This document shows positions 58,443-64,000 of a stretch of DNA of 64,000 nucleotides, in pieces. This stretch comes from a virus. Positions within the stretch are counted from its first letter, which is position 1, and every line of letters begins with the position of its first letter. The notes beneath the pieces were generated by a model, which was given only the letters and a program-made list of their open reading frames with translations, ran no database searches and had not been told where the DNA came from. The position numbers and the translations under genes are program-made. The stretch lies in IMG/VR virus record IMGVR_UViG_3300021962_000044, positions 32,001 to 96,000 of that record; one strand, 5' to 3'.

Positions 58443-59776
58443 GAACATACGATAAACGAATTGGCTTTTTAGTAAGCTATCAAACCCTCATCCCGCACGG
58501 GGGAATAGGGCAATTTACTAAAAGTTTTTGCGAATTAATGAATCAACATAATATTAAAGTTGATATCATTACGGATAAAGAACCACAAAATACTGAGTTT
58601 GTTAAATCTATAAAAGCAAATATTATTGCTCCATTGGAATCATTAAAATATACCGATCACAGCAGTATCTTTATGTATGGAGATACATTTTGTTATGAAC
58701 GAATGGCTAACTTCCGTACAGCTATTGTAGAAGCATTAGAACATAATCTATATGATGCATTGATATGTAACACCTACGAAACTGTACAAGTAGCAAGTAC
58801 TATGGGACTTGAAGATGTTATTCAAGTGATTGCATACACACACTTAGAAAGTCAAATCTTTAAAGATACAAAAAATCCCTTTTTGTATTCTACAAATGAA
58901 ATGATGCGTAAACAATTAGATATGAATGGTATTGTAGTTGGTACACAGAGTAAATTTAATCAAGTTAGTATTGGTGACACAGTATTTCATTTACCTATTC
59001 CTATCACCGAGTCTAGTCTATTAAAAGAATATCACAATCCGCGTGAAGGTATATTGTTTGTAGGTAGATGGGAAGAAGGTAAGAATCCTGAATTGTTTAT
59101 TGATTTAATTGAACAAACAAAACTACCTGCAAAAGTTATGACTAGTCCAAACGGTGTTAAGAAGTTTGAAGAACGACTATCAAAATTAGGTGTCAAGTAT
59201 GATGTTCGTGCTAGTATTGTAGGTCAAGAAAAAGTTGACTTTATGACAAGTGCTAGAATTGCATTCAATCCTAGTATTGTTGAGAGTTATGGTATGGCAT
59301 TCTATGAACAACATATTCAATTACCTACATTAGTATTAGAAAATCAACGTTGGACTAATAACTTTAACAAAGATTTCTTTTACACTTGTACTAAAAAAGA
59401 TATGGCATCAAAAGCAAAAGAATTGTACGATATTTTTGAAAAAGCAGAAAGATGGTATAACTTGGGATCATTGCAACATGCACAAGAACAAGAAGCTACT
59501 GTCTTTCATAAATGGAACAACTGTTTTAATGACTTTGAACCTAAAAAATCTAACACAAATACTGCAAAGATATGTAATGAAAATACAGTTAAACTTGTTG
59601 ACTTCATTAGTGATTTAAACCGTAGTATTATATGTATTGATGATGTACGCAGTGTTTTAACCAATAAACATAAGTTTAGAGTTATCTATACTGATGACGA
59701 CACATATTTAACAAAAGATCCTAGTTTTGAACCAATAGAAGAAGTTGAAAGTTTATCACTATTTGAGGGATTATGA
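58439..59776 (+). CDS. GT-B (GT4-like) glycosyltransferase
   Basis: PHGGIGQF, ILFVGRWEEGKNP, FNPSIVESYGMAFYE. Confidence 0.85.
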   Translation: MRTYDKRIGFLVSYQTLIPHGGIGQFTKSFCELMNQHNIKVDIITDKEPQNTEFVKSIKANIIAPLESLKYTDHSSIFMYGDTFCYERMANFRTAIVEALEHNLYDALICNTYETVQVASTMGLEDVIQVIAYTHLESQIFKDTKNPFLYSTNEMMRKQLDMNGIVVGTQSKFNQVSIGDTVFHLPIPITESSLLKEYHNPREGILFVGRWEEGKNPELFIDLIEQTKLPAKVMTSPNGVKKFEERLSKLGVKYDVRASIVGQEKVDFMTSARIAFNPSIVESYGMAFYEQHIQLPTLVLENQRWTNNFNKDFFYTCTKKDMASKAKELYDIFEKAERWYNLGSLQHAQEQEATVFHKWNNCFNDFEPKKSNTNTAKICNENTVKLVDFISDLNRSIICIDDVRSVLTNKHKFRVIYTDDDTYLTKDPSFEPIEEVESLSLFEGL

Positions 59777-60603
59777 AAAAGATTTTAATTACTGGTTGTT
59801 CAGGATACATAGGTTCACATCTATCTAAGATGTTAGCTAATGATTATGAAGTTTATGGTTTAGATATTGATGAACCACAGGCACCACTTAATGAGTTTTA
59901 TCGCTGTGATATCAATAGACAATTTGCTATCCCAGGTGATATAGAATATGATTGTGTAATTCATTTAGCGGCATTAGTACGTGTGGGTGAGAGTGAACAA
60001 ATACCTATCAAGTACTATATCACTAACTTAAATGGTACAATGAATGTAGTTAATAAAATAAAGACAAAGAACTTTATCTTTGCTAGTACAGGCGCCGCAC
60101 AAGATTGTTCTAGTGCTTATGGTATCAGCAAGCGAGCCGCTGAAGATGTAGTTAGAGAATATTGTACAAAACATAAACAACAAGATTATACTATCTTTAG
60201 ATTCTATAACGTTATCGGAAGTGATGGTTATGAACCAACCAACCCTGATGGTTTAATGTACAAACTAATGGAAGCACGTGATACAGGCGTATTTACTATA
60301 TATGGTAATGATTATGATGTATCACCTGACGGTACTTGTGTACGTGACTATGTTCATGTTAATGAAATATGTGATGCAATAAAACAAGCTATTGAGAAGC
60401 CTAGTAATAGTGTTGAATGTCTAGGACATGGTGTAGGATATACGGTACAAGATATTGTTGATTTATTTCAAAAAGTAAATAATTGTGACTTTACAGTAAA
60501 ATACGGCACTAGAAGAAAGGGTGATTTACCTAGTAGTGTACTAGCCAATGTGTCACCTTATATGCGTAATCTTTACTCTATGGAAGAGTTATTGAAAGTT
60601 TAA
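59773..60603 (+). CDS. NAD-dependent epimerase/dehydratase (GalE-like)
   Basis: ILITGCSGYIGSHL, HLAA, YGISK, RFYNV.G, DGTCVRDYVHV, RRKGD. Confidence 0.92.
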   Translation: MKKILITGCSGYIGSHLSKMLANDYEVYGLDIDEPQAPLNEFYRCDINRQFAIPGDIEYDCVIHLAALVRVGESEQIPIKYYITNLNGTMNVVNKIKTKNFIFASTGAAQDCSSAYGISKRAAEDVVREYCTKHKQQDYTIFRFYNVIGSDGYEPTNPDGLMYKLMEARDTGVFTIYGNDYDVSPDGTCVRDYVHVNEICDAIKQAIEKPSNSVECLGHGVGYTVQDIVDLFQKVNNCDFTVKYGTRRKGDLPSSVLANVSPYMRNLYSMEELLKV

Positions 60604-62126
60604 GCTAAATGTGTCATTAAGGTATTCATTTGTTGAACACCACCTTTTGATAACTGAAATCCTTTTTGGTCTGCACGTTTGATTCGTTGGTCATAACTAG
60701 GATGTGAGCTATTGGGAAGTTTAGTTATACTATTATAAAAGTCGTAATCAGATTGTTTTTGGTGCAAGAACTTAAACATCTCAACTTTGTTGTAACCTAA
60801 AGCCCTACATAACTTAATAGCAAAGTCGTCAGCATCCATTTCTTCCCGACGTGCTTTCCCGGGATCAGGCTGAAAACCGTGTCCTAGGGCAATGTGTCCC
60901 AGTTCATGTGCAATAGCAAATGCCAGTGTAGAATCAGGAGCATCCCAAAACACAGTTAGGTCAAGACTGACATTACGAGTATCAGCATTTCCTTGAACCC
61001 ACTGGTCATTCGACGTAACAAGAACTTTTGTCCCCTGCAGTCTTTGTGCCCATTCTGGTCCGGCGGCTCGCATTAACTTACCCAGCATACCATTACTGCG
61101 TTGTTGCAGTTGTTCAAATCTAGGCATCCAAACGTCAGGTTGTTTTTTTATAGTTTCTAAATCTTGATATTCACCTGCTTTAGCTAAACCAGTAGCACCT
61201 AATGCGGCAGCACCTGCTGCACCTTTAAGCAGGTCTCTACGACTAATAGCTTCAGCTAATTCATTGTTCGTTTTTACAATAGGTGGAACCCAGTTGTATA
61301 GTTCTCTTGGACCGCCGGATTCATTGTGGTAATAATTTGCTTTAAACGGACCATCAAATTTAATAACGTTTTGAACTTCTTTTGGATTACCACCTGTTAA
61401 TCTCTTAAATGCATCTATTGCTTTTTCTTTTGTCAAACCAGCCTTATTAAACTCACCGGTATCACCAATAGGCAAGATTAAGCCATCAGGTGTAGCACTC
61501 CATAATGTATATCCATCTGGATTGTCTCTCCTTGCTACGATTTGAACTTCATTTGGCTTATAGTAATGTTTACTATTCAATGGTGGTTTAGCTAACTTAC
61601 GTGAGAACGTTCCCTTATTAGTAGGATCATCTTTCATAGCAGTTAATTCTAAGCCACTATCACTAATCAATTTTAATAGACCTTCTGGAACTTTATTCAT
61701 TAACTCTTTGCGTATCTGAATGCCCACAACATATGGTTTCTTAACAGGGATCCCTATACCTCTCGGATGATAGATACGTTCTTCTGTTTCTTGTTTATAC
61801 ATTGGGTTACTAGCTGTTGGACCCGTACCATCAGGTTGATTATAGAATTGCATATAAGAGAATGGCATTACTTTGAATCCAGCTTGACGTAATGCATTTC
61901 TATCTAGTACAAGTTGAATACTGCCGCCGCCATACGGGAATCTATAATATTGATTTCTACTTGCGCTGATTACTGGTATCTCCCAACCACCTTCTTCATC
62001 TGTATCAGATAAGTGTGGTTGTATCACACCTTTTCTGAGTATGTTCCAGATTTGATTAGGTTGTGATACACTATGATAAACATAGTCTCCGCCTACGGCT
62101 TCTGATAAAAATTCACTTGCTCTCAT
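60600..62126 (-). CDS. mosaic protein (leader MRASEFLSE): ART-like module, internal Tat signal, M48-type zinc peptidase
   Basis: YVYHSV..ISASRN..LVLDR..ETEERI; LAE|AISRRDLLKGAAGAAALGATGLAKA; LAFAIAHELGH..EMDAD..SSHPS..RI. Confidence 0.75.
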   Translation of the reverse strand: MRASEFLSEAVGGDYVYHSVSQPNQIWNILRKGVIQPHLSDTDEEGGWEIPVISASRNQYYRFPYGGGSIQLVLDRNALRQAGFKVMPFSYMQFYNQPDGTGPTASNPMYKQETEERIYHPRGIGIPVKKPYVVGIQIRKELMNKVPEGLLKLISDSGLELTAMKDDPTNKGTFSRKLAKPPLNSKHYYKPNEVQIVARRDNPDGYTLWSATPDGLILPIGDTGEFNKAGLTKEKAIDAFKRLTGGNPKEVQNVIKFDGPFKANYYHNESGGPRELYNWVPPIVKTNNELAEAISRRDLLKGAAGAAALGATGLAKAGEYQDLETIKKQPDVWMPRFEQLQQRSNGMLGKLMRAAGPEWAQRLQGTKVLVTSNDQWVQGNADTRNVSLDLTVFWDAPDSTLAFAIAHELGHIALGHGFQPDPGKARREEMDADDFAIKLCRALGYNKVEMFKFLHQKQSDYDFYNSITKLPNSSHPSYDQRIKRADQKGFQLSKGGVQQMNTLMTHLA

Positions 62127-64000
62127 TAGTGTTTCAATAATAGTGTTGACAATACATCTTGTCTATTAGCACTGATATCACCCTCACCCGGGGCAATAAT
62201 AACATTCCATTTCTTAATGTTATTCTTTTGAGGAGTAGCCATCATCTCATTGTAATCAATGATAGTATCACGTTTTAAGTTATATTGTTGTGCTAATCTG
62301 TCTTTTAATTCGTCTAATGCTGCCGCATCTTTTGGTTGCCATGCACCATCAGCAGTCTTATCTAACTTACCGGTCTCATCTTTCTTTAATAAGTCATAAA
62401 ATAACTTACTAGGAACAATACGACTATTTTTTGTAACATCTAATTGCGGGTCTTGTTGTTTAACTTGTTTTTCTTGACTAGTACTTGCACCTTCACTCCA
62501 GTTAACAATAAAGTTACTTGGCTTTTGACCTAATGCCGCATCTGCTATTTTTGTATAAGCATAGAACTTAACATCAGGATGAGAGGCAGCTAACTTAAAT
62601 GCTAAATCCATATATTCTGGGCTAAAGAAATCACCAGCATCATGCCAACGAATAGTTAGATTGTAACCACCTTTTTGTGCTGATTTTTCTTCTTTTGTAA
62701 TTTCATTACTTAATTGATTGAAGAAACCATCTGGATCATTCAATAAGAAAGTTAGTATTCTTCCGTCGCTTAACCATGGCCCTTCAAACTGAACCTTACC
62801 GCCCTTCATAGCAAAACAATCCACTTTACATGAGCCGGCACCTGGACATGTATTAACTACTATAAGTTCGTTTGTACCTTCATCTAATGCGATACCAACT
62901 AATGCGGCAAAGCCAATGTTATAAAATTGTTCTAGTTCACCATTAGAATGTTTCATCTTCTCATTTTGTTTAAGAAGTTTCTTTGGGCGAACACCTAATG
63001 CTGTTTTGATTTGGTCTGTATCGTAGCGTTTACCTTCTTCATTGTAGTATTTGACTACACTTGAGCGATGTATGTAAGGTAGTTTATATTTGTCTGTTTT
63101 ACCCTTTTCACGATTACGAATTCTATCTAAGTAATCTTCTAGTTCTTGACCTTTTAGTTCACGTGTTTGTGCTGGGAGTTTTGTTGCTTCATTTACACCT
63201 TGTTTTTTTATTAATGAAATAATATTACTAATACCATTTAATGAAATATCCCTCTCGGATGTAGTTCCAAATTTACCAGTTGGGTTTTGCCATGTAAATT
63301 TCACTGTTAAAACATTTGAATTAGCAATTTTATCAAGGGCATGGGTTAAATCTACTCTACCCCTATTAGAAATAGTTACAGGAATGGTTTTAATAGTATT
63401 GGTATTATTATTCAACATATACTTGAATTCAGTATTTGGCTGAAAATTATAGTCATGTCCTAACTTAAATGTTAACCGTAAACCACCATAATTTATCCAA
63501 TGAAGAAAAAGGTCATTAGTATTATTAGATGCCATAATTTCTTTATCTTTTTTATCAAATTTTGATGTTCTAATAGTTACGCTCCATTCACCAATATTTT
63601 CAGTTGTAGTATTTGATAAAGCTTCACCGGCTGCGCCCGTTGCGGCTGCCGCGCCCATACCTTTTAAGAACCCTCTACGGCTAATGTCAGCTTCATTCAC
63701 ACCGTGTTGTTTATGTTGTGTAGATGGTTTACCACGTTTATCACTATCAGGGAACATTATAGACATACTTTTACCATAAGCCTGATCAATTGTTTTAGGA
63801 TCTATTTTAGATTTATCAGTTCTAGCCTTATGTGTAAACTGTGCTAATTGTTCAGGGGACATTTTATCTAATTCTTCGGAAGACATTTCATCTATTTTTT
63901 CTTCCGGTTCATCACCTGATTGAGCAAGGAATTGATCCATACTCATAACTTTGATGCCACCTACAGCACCCGGTAATTTGGGTGTCGCACCCTCAAATAA
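62126..64000 (-). CDS. mosaic protein, 5' end outside the window: internal Tat-signal module plus Cys-rich GP88/radical-SAM-like domain
   Basis: Frame stays open to the window edge (LFEGATPKLPGAVGGIKV-MSMDQ); VNE|ADISRRGFLKG; TCPGAGSCKVDCFA..IRWHDAGDF..FYAYTK. Confidence 0.7.
   Translation of the reverse strand, partial: LFEGATPKLPGAVGGIKVMSMDQFLAQSGDEPEEKIDEMSSEELDKMSPEQLAQFTHKARTDKSKIDPKTIDQAYGKSMSIMFPDSDKRGKPSTQHKQHGVNEADISRRGFLKGMGAAAATGAAGEALSNTTTENIGEWSVTIRTSKFDKKDKEIMASNNTNDLFLHWINYGGLRLTFKLGHDYNFQPNTEFKYMLNNNTNTIKTIPVTISNRGRVDLTHALDKIANSNVLTVKFTWQNPTGKFGTTSERDISLNGISNIISLIKKQGVNEATKLPAQTRELKGQELEDYLDRIRNREKGKTDKYKLPYIHRSSVVKYYNEEGKRYDTDQIKTALGVRPKKLLKQNEKMKHSNGELEQFYNIGFAALVGIALDEGTNELIVVNTCPGAGSCKVDCFAMKGGKVQFEGPWLSDGRILTFLLNDPDGFFNQLSNEITKEEKSAQKGGYNLTIRWHDAGDFFSPEYMDLAFKLAASHPDVKFYAYTKIADAALGQKPSNFIVNWSEGASTSQEKQVKQQDPQLDVTKNSRIVPSKLFYDLLKKDETGKLDKTADGAWQPKDAAALDELKDRLAQQYNLKRDTIIDYNEMMATPQKNNIKKWNVIIAPGEGDISANRQDVLSTLLLKH

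Noticed and set aside
1047-59618. Short antisense or alternate-frame ORFs in the track (e.g. 8022-8297, 11699-12064, 19007-19444, 25507-25983, 28538-28906)
   Set aside because: Shadows of well-supported genes, with no SD, promoter or recognisable motif.
1-64000. Stop-codon reassignment
   Set aside because: Standard-code ORFs tile the window densely and conserved genes are intact.

Overview
The whole window is bacteriophage DNA: AT-rich, gene-dense, almost all on the + strand, from a large, distantly T4-like myovirus (probably a jumbo phage of a Gram-negative host). Layout: 0.4-17.6 kb tail and virion genes (sheath, tube, fibre, Ig-like protein) plus a GH19 endolysin; 17.6-28 kb chaperone, replication and host-like genes (DnaE fragment, GroES-like, clamp loader, PhoH, DnaJ, ClpA); 28-44.5 kb and 60.6-64 kb unusual mosaic proteins; 44.5-49.3 kb TilS-like, family B DNA polymerase, sliding clamp; 49.3-60.6 kb a 7-deazaguanine DNA-modification locus (DpdA, FolE, QueD, QueE, a DpdL-like T-fold protein, no QueC in the window) mixed with glycosyltransferases, an epimerase, a cytidylyltransferase and an R67/DfrB-type DHFR. 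The best candidate for an undescribed system is the mosaic proteins. They begin with short leaders resembling the T4 capsid-targeting sequence and consist of unrelated domains separated by (V/L/I/M)-x-E junctions that resemble prohead-protease sites. One junction class is conserved at DNA level (AAGGT-NTN-RCGGAA). Three modules start, right after a junction, with an internal twin-arginine (Tat) signal peptide. Inference: head-packaged polyproteins are cut into effectors, some routed to the host periplasm after injection. All family calls come from motif recognition by eye; no searches were run. No tRNA, rRNA or CRISPR array was recognised.
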